A stretch of DNA of 63,999 nt, the filler included, from Circinaria calcarea (taxonomy: Eukaryota), in NCBI GenBank assembly GCA_051942165.1. It is 6 parts of 6 records of this genome, joined end to end, with 100 filler letters (N's around TTAATTAATTAA, not from the genome) between each part and the next. Parts side by side here need not be neighbours in the genome. Positions count along the whole stretch, not along the records: positions 10,945 to 21,787 come from JAVECS010000755.1; positions 21,888 to 32,725 come from JAVECS010000756.1; 4 more parts are not named here. The stretch is one strand, 5' to 3'. Below are positions 13,033 through 24,900 of the stretch, piece by piece; positions within the stretch are counted from its first letter, which is position 1, and each line of letters opens with the position of its first letter. Position numbers and translations under genes: made by a program. Below the pieces are notes generated by a model, which worked only from the letters and a program-made list of their open reading frames with translations, did no database searches and was not told where the DNA came from.

Positions 13033-14046
13033 CCATGCGTATCCGAATTTATCGAGCGTAATCGCGAAGAAAACGAGTAATCAGCAGTCCCGGGTGCCAC
13101 GCTACCTTTGATTATGCCAGATATCGGAGTAGGGCGAAGTGCTCGGTAGGGCGTCAATGTTCAGGAGGATGCCCGTGTCAACAGATTGCTGGCCAATGAG
13201 ATCACTCGCTAACGGAAATACCACGCAGGCTTTTCATCCCGGTCATCTACAACAACAGTATCATCTGAGATACAGGCCTGCTGTTTACTCGGACCGTATG
13301 ATCCATTTCTCCCCCCCCAATATGGATTAGACTTCTAAGCCGAATGATGCATCATGATCCTACTGAGCCCTTCCAACATCGTATGGATGGTACGAAAGGC
13401 CGAGTCATGCTACCGAAACCTCGAGTACCCAAGATACGTACTGTTGACACAGATTCTTATGTACCCGATGATTCTTATTAGATTGGGCCAGGTCAGCCAA
13501 AGAGTCCCGCAGAAACTAAATCTTGTGAGGTCATTTCATAACCCAGGCTCGAGCCTAGGATGACTCCCTGGGTTCGGATGTGACATGATATTCGGTCTCA
13601 TACTCAGCCTTGCCCGCAGGACAAGTTCAAGATTAAGTGGACCGAGGATTCAGCTATCTCTGCTTCTTCTAGCGGCTCATGCAGCGCCCAGACCTGGATT
13701 TGACCGTGATCCCTTCCGTCCGTCACGACGTCTCCACCGCCAGATGCTCCCACCATGCCATGTCTCAGTCCCTATCGCCTTCGGGCCATTGAGAGATAGG
13801 CGAGTGAATTTCGTGATGTCCTAATGTCTGTCCCTGATTACAGGATAGCACGAGCAGCAAGGAAACATATACATTATTATTATAAGTCTCAACAATTATC
13901 TCCATCTCGAGACATGCAGTAGACCTAAGATCCAGACCATGCTGTGTTAGAAGGGTATCAAAGCACGTAATGATTCGCCTAATTGCACGAAACCTCCAGG
14001 GCCGATGGCCGGAACAAATAGACTTAAATCAAAGGTTTGCAATAAG

Positions 14047-16483
14047 TCACATCCTCAGCAATCGAGTAGTCCTTCGTTCTGGATAACGCCTACCGGGACC
14101 AAGCAATGAAGTCTCTTGTGTAGCGCGGAAGGCATGCTGCTCGCAGTAGACGTGACCGTTCATCTCAAAGTAATCGTCTTCGAGGGGCTTGCGGCAATCC
14201 TGTTAATAGGCTAGTTAGCACGGATTGCCATATGACTCCATAATTTATAGTAAACCTACCGAACAAGTGAAGCATTGTGGATGAAACTTCTGCTGCAACT
14301 CAGTTTCGAGGTATTGGCCTTCTATGCCACGGTCACAGCTCTTGCACAATGATCCATTGAGTTGATGGTAATGGCGTGAACAGTATGGGTGGTTCTTGAG
14401 AACATAAAAGTCTGTAGATTGAAAAGGCTCTTCACACGTCTTACAAACGAAGCACTCCTTGTGGTAGTGACCTGTCAGCCTGCCATCGGCCGAGCTTACA
14501 GATTTGCCTTTGATCGGCTCATTACATCCGCGACAGCTGCCCTTGTTTGCCGCAGTGGTCCGGCGTTTAGGAAAAGAGGGTGGTGGTTGGTCAATTGGGA
14601 AGGTTGTTGTGGGTTGAGTGGCAGCATTTCTAGGGGGGTTCGGTCCTCCCGAGACCTGATTTGGGTCTTCTACGGTATATGGAGTGGATTTTATTGGTGG
14701 GATTTGAGACCGAGGGAAACGATCAGTCGGTATTGGTGTAGGAGAGAACCGACCACCCTTAATAGCAGGATCCATAGGAGATTCCGGGGCTTGCATCCAT
14801 CCCTCAGGTTGCGTTATAGGATCTGCAGGTCGAGCGTATAGAGGACGACTGAAACTAGGAGGCGGACCGCGGCGTGTTGGTCGCGGTTCTTCTTCGACCT
14901 TTACGCTCGAGGTTGTCGATTGAATGTCAACCATCAATTTGTCAATGTTACTTGTGCCAGACGGCTTCCTCCTTGGATGGTAACTCCTCTCGGAACGTGG
15001 TGGACTTGATCTCGAACTTCCACTGTTCGCCTCCGAACCGGATGAATCGTTGGAAGAAGTGGATTTGGTAGGAGTGTGATAAGGATTCAGCTGGCCATAT
15101 TCCTCGAAACGTGGAGATATCGGTACTCGAGGTGCATTATCCATTTGCCGACTGTTCTGATCTCCATGCCGAGGAAGGTTGATGAGTTTTAATTGTGGTT
15201 CATGCCCCACTACTGAGGAGGTCGGTTGTGCTTGGGTTCGGAAAGGCTTGTATGAAGTGATACTTCCAATCTCGTGAAGAGGTCTGTTCGCAGCTGCGAC
15301 ACTTGATCCTCGGGTATGAGACGCTTGTGGAGGCGCTGGTATCTGCGCAGCATGCGAATTATCTAAAATCTCCTCTTTTGAACGGCTTTGATTGTCGACT
15401 GGGAAGGTGTTGGAGCGGGCATTGATCTTACCCGCAGGGTGGGATAAATTTGGCGCCGCGTTAGTGACATTTTGCTCAGTCTGTGGTATTGCTGGCACTG
15501 TAGCGCTGCTAACTTGGCGAAATGGCCTGGGCAGAGCTGATCCAGTCGAGAGCAAAGGACCGTCAGAGATGGACCTCGTTAAACCACTGCGAGGCTCTCC
15601 TGATGTATTGGCGAGGGAATTCTGGCCAGCATGTTCTGAACCTGAGGTTGAAAGTTGGTAGACATTGGAACTCAGTGTCTGTGTAGACTCGTGTTTACTA
15701 TCCGTTGCCACAACTCTCTTATGATTTGGCTGTTTGGTATCAACTGACTTTGTGCGCGTGTTGAAAGGGCCTGGAACATTCTTGTTTATTCTTTGAATGG
15801 CATTCTCCCCCAAATTTGCCCGTGAATGTGATGTGAGGTGCTTATCGGTAGGATCTCTACTCGCCTGGAACTGAACATCCTCGGATGACGACTGCCTTCC
15901 CTCAGATGGTGTTTTGGGTGTGATACTACGCGATGTCGCACTTGGGAATGGTGGAAATGCACAGTCTTGCGAAAGTGTAAAATCAGGCGATCGTTGTGGG
16001 ACAGGCAAAGTTGCACTCCTTGGTGGCAGGCGGAACGAGGAATTACGGCCACCCCCCGGCGTCCTAGGAGATATGCTGCGGGTGCTGCTTGAAATACTAC
16101 TGGGGGTACGTTGCTCGGGTCTCAGGAAAGGTCGATCTGCAGTCGTCGAATTAGTACCGACATTGTAAAATCTTTGAGGATTATCCATACTTGCGGCGGT
16201 GGGGTCGATGCGAGCTGGAGGTATCCTCCCTATCTTGGAATGCGCCAGGCCCTTACTGAGGTTAGAGTTCATCGATGAAAAGGCATTATGCATCCTCGTA
16301 AGTCGTGGTTGGGGAGGTGGAGGAGCTGCTATTGATCAGTAGATATAAGCTGATGGTTGACGGAGTGCCCGCCGTACCTTGTACACAGACATGATCTCCC
16401 ATCATTGATATATCAATATTGGCGCTACAGTTCGAACATTTGATGGACGGCAAAAAGCCCGACGCTCTTGTCGCTGCCGCCAT
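14047..16483 (-). CDS. LIM-domain (paxillin-like) protein with two C-terminal LIM domains
   Basis: N-terminal exon FLPSIKCSNC...MMGDHVC, then a long low-complexity region. LIM1 is CRGCNEPI...YHKECFVCKTC...PYCSRHYH and LIM2 is CKSCDRGIEG...FHPQCFTC|DCRKPLEDDYFEMNGHVYCEQHA. C-terminus ERRTTRLLRM* at 14047. Confidence 0.9.
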
Positions 16484-17923
16484 TCTCTCCTTCAGGTTTC
16501 TTCCTCACCTCTTCTCGCTCCAGGAACGCATGGATATTTGCGCGTAGGAGCGTACGTGAGCATCCGTGAATGCTTATTGTCTTCGATTCGGGGATTTCTT
16601 CCTCGAGGAAATTAGTCTTACCAGGAGGTTTCCACGCGACTCAACAGGCACGTTTCTTGCAGGTCTCCTGTACACTGGAGAGGAAATAACGACAGCACGG
16701 AGAGTGGATATTGCTGCACAGGTGCTAGGACATCTGTCCGGGAGTCGCCTAGGACCGTTTTGCTAAGTGTGGTTTATTTAGTGAGTGGTTGGCTACCTCA
16801 GATAGCGGAGATTGGATGGTGGCACGTGTGAAGGGAAATCCAGTCATTTCCACCCCGGGCGGCGCTTCGAAAAGCTTTGTTCTTGGCTATTAAGGTATTC
16901 GGAGACCAGACAATTCTCCTGCAGGAAATTCCGAGGGCAAACCTTGAACCTTATGGTGTCTCTCAATCGAGGTTGGTGTGACGGTGTACATCTCAGGGGT
17001 TTATCTACCTAAACAGATAGAAGACCGGGGTCCAAGCTTCCACCCTACATTGCGCGGATATATCAACAAGCTGCGGCGTGTCCACCATTGAAATGAAGTC
17101 GTGAACCTCTATCCGCGAATGCTTACCATAATTACGCTCAGTGAAAATCTTAACGGTGCATTTGAGCCACGTGCCTCAGGGTAAGAACTAGCCGCTTGGC
17201 CCAGATCCAGGAACACTCACTGGTGCCCCTGATTCTATCCAAGTTTTGGCGATATTGCAGGGACAAAGCTGACCCAGACGATTATATGATAGACTGCTTC
17301 CTTTGGAAGCCGCAGTGAAGATGAAGAAATGGCAATTGCTGTTCTATGTCCAAAAACAATTACCAGCAATAAAAACGATGCTGGTTAGCAGCCATTGGCC
17401 AATGAAAAGAAAGACGGTGAGGATCCTGGCGTTTACCCCTGATCGGCGACATGATATGATTCGCTTGCATACACGTCAAGTCTCCATTCAGTAGGGAGTA
17501 AGTAGTCCGTAATTACCTTTCAAAGTAGATACGAAGGAGAGCGATTTTGACTCGGGTTGAAATCAGCCCATCTGGTCCGGTTGCTTTGATGATTTCGTCT
17601 TGCTGAGTGGGTTCTGGTGGGATTGTTCCTACGTAAGCTTTGGTTGGGCTCGTCGTGACGTAAAAAGGCGAAAATGACTATCGGCAATCACAGCGCATAT
17701 GGTCCGCAGGTGGGTTTAGTAGCTCCGGTGTGCCGGGAAAAACTAAATAGTGGGATGTTGCCTTTCCTTTCTCACAAATTATTCTCTTGCTGCCTCGCCA
17801 TATCGGAAAACCTCATTGTCTCATATCGAATCTAGCTCTCACAGATCGCACTTTGGAGGTGCGGTCACGAAATCAGTCAAGACGTTTTCCAACCTACTTA
17901 ACTCGTACGATGCCCTTCCCTTA

Positions 17924-17931
17924 TTCACGTG
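17924..17931 (+). promoter_or_regulatory. TTCACGTG E-box resembling the UAS-INO/ICRE core, ~190 bp upstream of INO1
   Basis: Sequence match only, to the TTCAYRTG core bound by bHLH factors at yeast INO1. Function here is untested. Confidence 0.25.
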
Positions 17932-18118
17932 CAACAGGGAGACATCACCCTGCTCTGTGGGGCAACCTAAAAGAGAAGTTGTACTAACATGCTACCAGTT
18001 CTCACCATCCGTACAACGGAGGCAGACGCTCCGCTAGAGGAGGTGCAGGAGACATACCATACGTCAACTAAACCACACAACCACATATAACAATCGCAAC
18101 CACCACAGTTATAGAATA

Positions 18119-19876
18119 ATGGCCCCTCATGCAGAAGAAACGAATGGCTATACGAATGGTAACGGTCATAGCGCCAATTCCGGCGACGAAAAGGACATGT
18201 TTACGGTTGACTCCCCCAATGTGGTCTATACCCGGAGCGAGATCCGGAGCAAGTACACTTACCGCACCACTTCTGTGACGCACAACGGTCAAGGCAAATA
18301 TGTTGCTACTCCCAAGGAGACAGTCTATGACTTCAAAGTCCAAAGGCAGGTGGGAAAGGTGGGCATGATGCTTGTAGGTTGGGGTGGGAATAATGGTACA
18401 ACTGTTACGGCGGGTATCATTGCCAACCGTCGCGGCTTGGTATGGGATACTCGTGAAGGACAGCAGGCGGCAAACTACTATGGCTCGGTGATCATGGGGT
18501 CGACAATCAAGTTAGGCACGGACAGCAAATCCGGCAAGGAAATCAATATTCCTTTCCATAACGTCCTGCCCATGGTGCATCCTAACGATCTTGTCATCGG
18601 TGGATGGGATATTAGCAGTATGAACTTGGCAGATGCCATGGATAGGGCTGCCGTCTTGGAGCCTACTCTGAAGGGACTCGTCAGGAAAGATTTGTCTCAG
18701 ATGAAGCCATTGCCAAGTATTTACTATCCAGACTTCATAGCTGCAAACCAAGAAGAGCGTGCCGACAACCTTATCCAGGGTTCCAAAGCCTCCATGGCTC
18801 ATGTAGAACAACTTCGCAAAGATATTCGGTAGGTGTGGAGACATTACTAAGATACGACGGTTTTGCTGACTCTGCCACAGCGAGTTCAAAGACGCTCATG
18901 GTCTTGACAAAGTCATTGTCCAGTGGACTGCTAACACTGAGCGCTACGCCGACATCATCGAGGGCATCAATGATACCGATACTAATCTAATGAACGCCAT
19001 TGCATCGGGACACGAGGAGGTCTCCCCATCCACAATCTTTGCGGTTGCCTGTATCCTAGAGAATGCTCCCTTCATTAATGGGTCTCCTCAAAACACCTTT
19101 GTCCCGGGTGCTATCCAGCTGGCGGAGAAACACGGTGCATTCATTGCTGGGGATGACTTCAAATCTGGACAGACGAAGATGAAGTCAGCTTTGGTGGATT
19201 TCATGATCAATGCCGGAATCAAGTTGACGTCCATTGCCAGTTACAATCACCTTGGGAACAACGATGGCATGAATCTGAGCTCGCAGAGACAGTTTCGTTC
19301 CAAGGAGATCTCCAAGTCCAATGTGGTTGATGACATGGTCGAGGCCAATAATGTGCTGTATAAACCAGGCGAGCACCCGGACCATACCGTCGTCATCAAG
19401 TATATGCCTGCTGTTGGTGACAACAAGCGTGCCCTCGATGAATATTACGCAGAGATTTTCATGGGCGGTCACCAAACGATTAGCCTGTTCAATGTGTGCG
19501 AGGACTCGCTGTTGGCTTCTCCTCTGATCATTGACCTCGTGGTTATTGCCGAAATGATGACTCGTATCACATGGAAGGCGGATACCGGTGATGGGGTAGG
19601 TTCCAAAGACTACCAGGGCTTCCATAGTGTGCTCAGTATACTAAGTTATATGCTTAAGGTTGGTGCAATCACTCCGGCGTCTAGGTCATCTGCTAACGCC
19701 AGAAGAAGGCACCTTTGACTCCGCCAGGTACTCCCGTCGTCAATGCATTGGCCAAGCAGCGTGGTGCCCTGACCAATATCTTTCGGGCCTGCATTGGCTT
19801 ACAGCCCGAATCCGACATGACCCTCGAACACAAACTGTTCTCAGGAAGCGTTCAGTCAGGAGGTGGAGATATGTGA
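18119..19876 (+). CDS. INO1: Inositol-3-phosphate synthase (MIPS), 3 exons
   Basis: [74 protein letters not shown]. Introns at 18829-18880 and ~19660-19708. Confidence 0.98.
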
Positions 19877-20201
19877 AATCCCGGGCGGTCAGTTACTGTT
19901 CAGGTTTTCGAATAAGGTTCTTTGTCTGCAGTTGGAGGCTTTGCCACCATACACATTCATTTAGTATAGCTATCGGAATGGAAATTTTGCTCCACATGAA
20001 TGAAGACAAGTTGTTCAATGCGAAGCCGACCATTGCAGCGTTGGGATGGCATGCAGCCCTAGGTGCCCACGCTATACTAGATCCTTGGCGGTTTTCGTCG
20101 CTCGATTGCCAATCGTCCCCTTTGTCGTCTTTCTGTATCATCTGCACTTTAATCCCTCCAATACAAGTCACAGCCGGCCCTTTTTGCATCTGATCTTAGT
20201 G

Positions 20202-21787
20202 ATGGTGCAGAAAGATGCAGCTATCCAGCGTTACTTCTCCCAAAAAGCCTCCCCAAGTAAAGGAAGCTCAGCTACCGCCAAGGCATCTGATTCTCCTGCT
20301 GATGGTTTCAAACGGAATGGCATAGGTGGCCTTACAGAGGGTACCGGCCTCCCTAGTGACGGCTTTACGGGGGATGAGATCGACTCTGTCCTTTATCCCA
20401 AACTACACAGATGGCGACCTAGGGTGGAATACCAGGATGTAGATATCGGATCTCTCGTCCCAGGACCAGGCCGTGCGGCCTTGACTGCAAGGATTGTCAA
20501 CTTTTACGATCAAGTTACGCCGAGTAAGATGCCGCAGGCAGCGAAAGGGTGCTTGAAGGTCATAGTGAAAGACGATACTGGGGCTATGGTGGTAAGTTTA
20601 CAACCCCCGCCACTGCTTATCTTGAATACAATCCAAGGAGAGGGAGAGCTAATGATGGAAGCAGATCAAATTATGGTACGCAAAGATAGACTACAATTTA
20701 CGTCTCGGTCAACTCGTCAACATCTGGACACCGCATATCTCCAATGCGGAATCGAGCTCCATGACCTTGCAGCAAGCAAGTCTAGTAACGAGTGTCTTCC
20801 CTGAAAGGGATAATAGCTGTTATTTCCTAGTGCAGGAGGAGAGCGATGATGGTACCCTGTGTAAGATGCCATTGGGCTACAAAGAGAATAAGGAATTGGA
20901 AGGTTTGATGACATTGAAGAACTTCATTGAAGGTGGCTATGATGTCGGTGATGGGAAGATCTTGGTCTGCGTCAAGAGCATTGGTGCCAAAAGAAAAAGT
21001 GGGTCAAACCAGTATAACCCGCATCTGTAGCATTGGGCCCCGTGGACAGATGGCGGTGTCTGTGTAGGAATAATCTCGATAACCGCTTACAGTCACAACG
21101 AAGAAAGGCAAATCAGCAGAAAAGGTCGACGTCAACGTATTCGATGATACCTCCGAAGCGACTCTCACCCTCTGGGACAAGGTGACGGCTTCCGCGACTG
21201 GCTGGACAACCTCGCAAACGCTGCTCCTCATTTCTAATGCCGGCCTCAAGTATGAAAGGAGACCGACGCTCTCGATAACCTTCGAAACACATGTGGAGGT
21301 CGATCCAGTCATGCAAGACGCCGAATTTCTGAGAAGATACGCACTTGGCTTGACGAAGAGGGACCATGTCAATATACCCTTTCCTGAAGATGGTACGGCA
21401 CTCGCCATTAGAATATATTGTACTAATTGGCGGCAGTATTCGGTATCGAGGGTGCCACGTCTCCGGAGAATGGAACCTTGTTCACCTTGGCTGAGATCGA
21501 TGAAATGTACGTATCTTCATCCATCACAACCAAAAGACCTCTGCTAACCAGCACTACTAGCGTACGAGACTCCCCAAACAGTACATTTAACTTTTCCATC
21601 CCCCACCCCCTGAGAAACACTAACACCGGCTCCCTCCCTCAGAAACACACATAGGCTACCTCAGCCTCCTAATTCTCGACCTGAATATTGCCCGCCTCCA
21701 CCAACGCAACATGCTCTTCTGCACAGAATGGTCCCTCTCCCCCTCTCCGCTTCCCCTTTCTCCTCCACCTTCCCCAACTCCACTAAC
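20202..21787 (+). CDS. MEIOB: MEIOB-like meiosis-specific OB-fold ssDNA-binding protein (RPA1 paralog), 3' end lost at the gap
   Basis: Spliced OB2 reads LMTLKNFIEGG...KILVCVKSIGAKRK.TTKKG...DVNVFDDTSEATLTLWD...ATGWTTSQTLLLISN...ETHVEVDPVMQDAEFLRRYA. By eye it parallels MEIOB OB2 (VLAAVKSVGEPK.FTT...EVRLYDET...CWD...AQSWMPRETVIF...KTIITTNPDIPEA..L). OB3 begins HIGYLSLLILDLNI...MLFCTE. Confidence 0.75.
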
Positions 21788-21887
21788 NNNNNNNNNNNNN
21801 NNNNNNNNNNNNNNNNNNNNNNNNNNNNNNNTTAATTAATTAANNNNNNNNNNNNNNNNNNNNNNNNNNNNNNNNNNNNNNNNNNNN
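21788..21887. other. Artificial contig linker
   Basis: 44 N + TTAATTAATTAA + 44 N. Confidence 0.99.
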
Positions 21888-22957
21888 TTCGGCAGCCTCG
21901 AGCTGAGCCGCGGAGAGCGGGGGTATCAAGCCTTGATCAGAGAATCGAGTGAGGGAACGAATATAATACGGATCCCATCTAGTACAATTAGCAAAGGATC
22001 CAGCCCATGAGTCGCCACCGGACCGTACTTTGTATACACACGTCCATTATCACCATTCTCAAGGTAGAACACGCTTGTGCGGATGTACGGTTCCTCGCCT
22101 TTACTGACTTCCCCCTTGCGATCAATGTACCAATTTGGCTCGATCAGTGTTCTCAGAACATCAGGACGCTCCCTTCGAAGGACATTGTACACATGGTGCG
22201 AAGAGACAATATCTGATTCGCCTCCTTTTAGAGCGCGTGCGATGCACAAAAGCCCTACGATATCTCCGTCGTCCGCATGGAAATATTGTCTACCATTCCG
22301 TCAATTCTGAAAGTGTGGATGCTACTACGCTATCTTACCTAGCGTTCGTCCTATAGATCCTGACTTTGTCTATTTGCTTTGCGTCATCCCCGAGATCTTT
22401 AACATGCCCAAGAACATGACCTTTCCCATTTTGGCTGACAAAATATCCGAGATAGGTCCCTATTCCCATATACGCTACGGCCGATTTGTGATTACCCCAT
22501 AAATCTACAGGGAATCCTTTGAAAAGAACGAAGCCTTTCCCATTAAGCAGCTCGGTCCGTATGGATTCGAGCAAGTTTGACATATGTGGAAGAGGAAAGT
22601 TCTCCTACAAGTATGTCAGCTCCGGTTTCAACCTATGAGTATGGAGTTTGGAACCTTAGTGATGCCCGTCAGGGGTATTGCAGCAGTAATGAAGTCGTCA
22701 GCAGCATTGCTCAGTTCCCTAATCTCCTCTGGGTCGAACTCATGGACCCATCGCTCTGGGTTATCGATATAGTCTTCTCTCCTCCAGACTGTTGGACCAG
22801 AGATCTCTTCGGGAAAGTCGTCAAATGGATGGAGCTTATCGTAGAGGGGCGGATGTTGCCCGGATGTTCTGATACCGTCAGGAAACAGGGACTCGGACGG
22901 TGGCCCACCTATATCGTGAGAAGGAATCGAACGCCATTCTGTAAGTGCTGGGGTCAT
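21888..22957 (-). CDS. TauD/TfdA (clavaminate synthase-like) Fe(II)/2-oxoglutarate dioxygenase, 3' end lost at the gap
   Basis: FPEEISGPTVW, LLNGKGFVLFKGFPV, SQNGKGHVLGHVKDLG...RIYRTNAR|QYFHADDGDIVGLLC (HxD iron motif), GGESDIVSSHHVYN, DRKGEV. Confidence 0.9.
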
Positions 22958-24149
22958 TTTGAACAGATTGTATATGATGATCCCAGAAAAGTACTATGCT
23001 CTGGATTTCTTGAACTCTAGATAGTATCTAAAGACGGGCAAAGACGTGGATAAAGTTCCATATCCGTAGCTTGGCCCATTGCATTACAGGCCAGTGCCTC
23101 CTGCTCTATGTCTATCGTGATCGCCCGCATTATCTTCGGGATGGAGACCTTCCCCTCCTTACTACTAGCCGACAATGATGATGGGAAACGAATTAGGGTT
23201 CAAATTCACTTGCCGGGGTGATGTCGCAATTGACAAGCGAAGATGAGCAATCGGGAGCAAAGTCTCCCACCAAATAGGCTGCCAGCGACGATGATTCGTA
23301 AGGATTCTAAGATAAGCTACCATAGTAAAGGTCGGCGGGACCCTGAAGATATCTAGCCCTCGTTTTTTCGCATGTACAATATTCTTGACCATGTTTTAGG
23401 TGAGCTTTGAGCTTCCTATGATGTTTGGAGCGAGGTCCTAGTGGGGAGCAACCACCTCGCGAATGGGATCTTGCCCGTTGTTGATATCTTTCTTGTGTGC
23501 TTGCTGCCTTAAATACTCACCGCGCATTGCTGTATTTCTGCCATTCTTGTTTCTGTCACCGTGAATAGCCTTGCAAAGCTTACTGAAGTTTGTGTTGACT
23601 CTGGTAATGTAGCCAAAGGCGAGAAGGTGGATTGTGCACAGTAATAGAAGGCGAAGCTATTTGATGCTAGTAAGGTGACGACTGAGTCCAAGGTTATTAT
23701 CCTGCTTTTTTACCTAACGGTCTTGAGAATTACCTTAGAAGGACCCCCTTTGGTAAATATCTCCATCTTGCAGAATGTTCCACAAAGCCAAGTGGCGTTC
23801 TTATCATATCCTAGACATTGTTAAAGATGTTCTCGATACAAGACTACTGCATTGTCTTCGGGATAAGGGTTGCACATGCCCAATATCCGCCATTGCCGTC
23901 AGAGACATTGCATGGGACTTATGTACGGAGGTCGCTCCCTTAGAGCTCATTAAGAAAATGATGATACCGCACCTCGCAATGACTTCGAAAATGCGATAAT
24001 ATCTTGTCACTCTACAGGACAGTCAACATGGAGTTTAGAATACATGAGGCAGGCAGAAGTTGATAAAGGAAAGCAGCTGCAAGTTAGGTAGGATACCTCC
24101 CGGACGGCTCTCCTTCAACTGTGCACTACAGGAAGGTTATCCGAATACC

Positions 24150-24900
24150 TAATCGAGGTTTTTGCTCATCATCGTTGAACGTCGAGCGCTAAATACTGAA
24201 GAAAATAATAGAAATTTTGACACTAAGAGCTTGCTTACAGACGAGGACATTACTACCGAAATTACATACAACTTCTTCCCGGCCAACAGTCTGTTCAAAG
24301 GCAGGTAAGGCGACTTTTTGCCGTTTTGAGGTTTTTGCTGATCATCGTTAAACGTCGAGCACTAAATGCCTAGGAAAATAATAGAAATTTTGACGCTAAG
24401 GGCTCGCTTACAGATGAGGGGCCCTACAACCCAAACCTTACACAGCATCCCACCCGTTGGTTTACTTTCTTGGAGGTAGCATGCTACGTGATTTATTGAT
24501 TGTGGTTTTGGTGCTTATTATTAAATGTCGAGTGCTAAATACCCACCAGATAATAAGACTTTGGACGCCAAGGGGTTCGCGTATAAATCAAAAAGCCCTG
24601 CTACCCCATATCACACACAATATCCTACCAAGTACCCCGCTTGACCTCCTTTCCTAGAGCGACTTAGGCGATTTACCCAGTTGGGGTTTTTCGGCATCAT
24701 CGTTGAACTTCGAGCGCTAAATGGTCAGGAGAATAATAGAAATCTCGACGCCAAGGGCTCGCTTGTGTGAACACAACCCTACTGCCCCAAAGACTTCACT
24801 CTACTTACTGACAGCTCTGTATGAGACGATAACCTAATTGAGCTGTCCCTGAAGTTCTGCCGCTCAATGTCGAGTCCTTAACGCTCGAACAATACAACGA
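24150..24900. repeat. Degenerate tandem array, 4 clear copies and 1 partial copy, period ~160-182 bp
   Basis: Core (TTTTGCT.ATCATCGTT[GA]AAC.TCGAGC.CTAAAT......GA.AATAATAGAAAT.T.GAC.C.AAG.GCT.GCTT) anchored by TCGAG at 24182, 24355, 24528, 24710 and 24870. Confidence 0.85.

Noticed and set aside
13139..13824. Three short plus-strand ORFs between the EamA transporter and LIM genes
   Set aside because: No motifs and no consistent splice sites; probably promoter or UTR sequence.
21600..22000. MEIOB-like and TauD genes as a convergent pair or cluster
   Set aside because: They are on different contigs separated by an artificial linker.
24150..24900. Repeat-plus-variable-spacer array as a CRISPR array
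   Set aside because: Repeats are ~85 bp and degenerate, spacers are ~90 bp with residual mutual similarity, no cas genes are present, and the context is eukaryotic.
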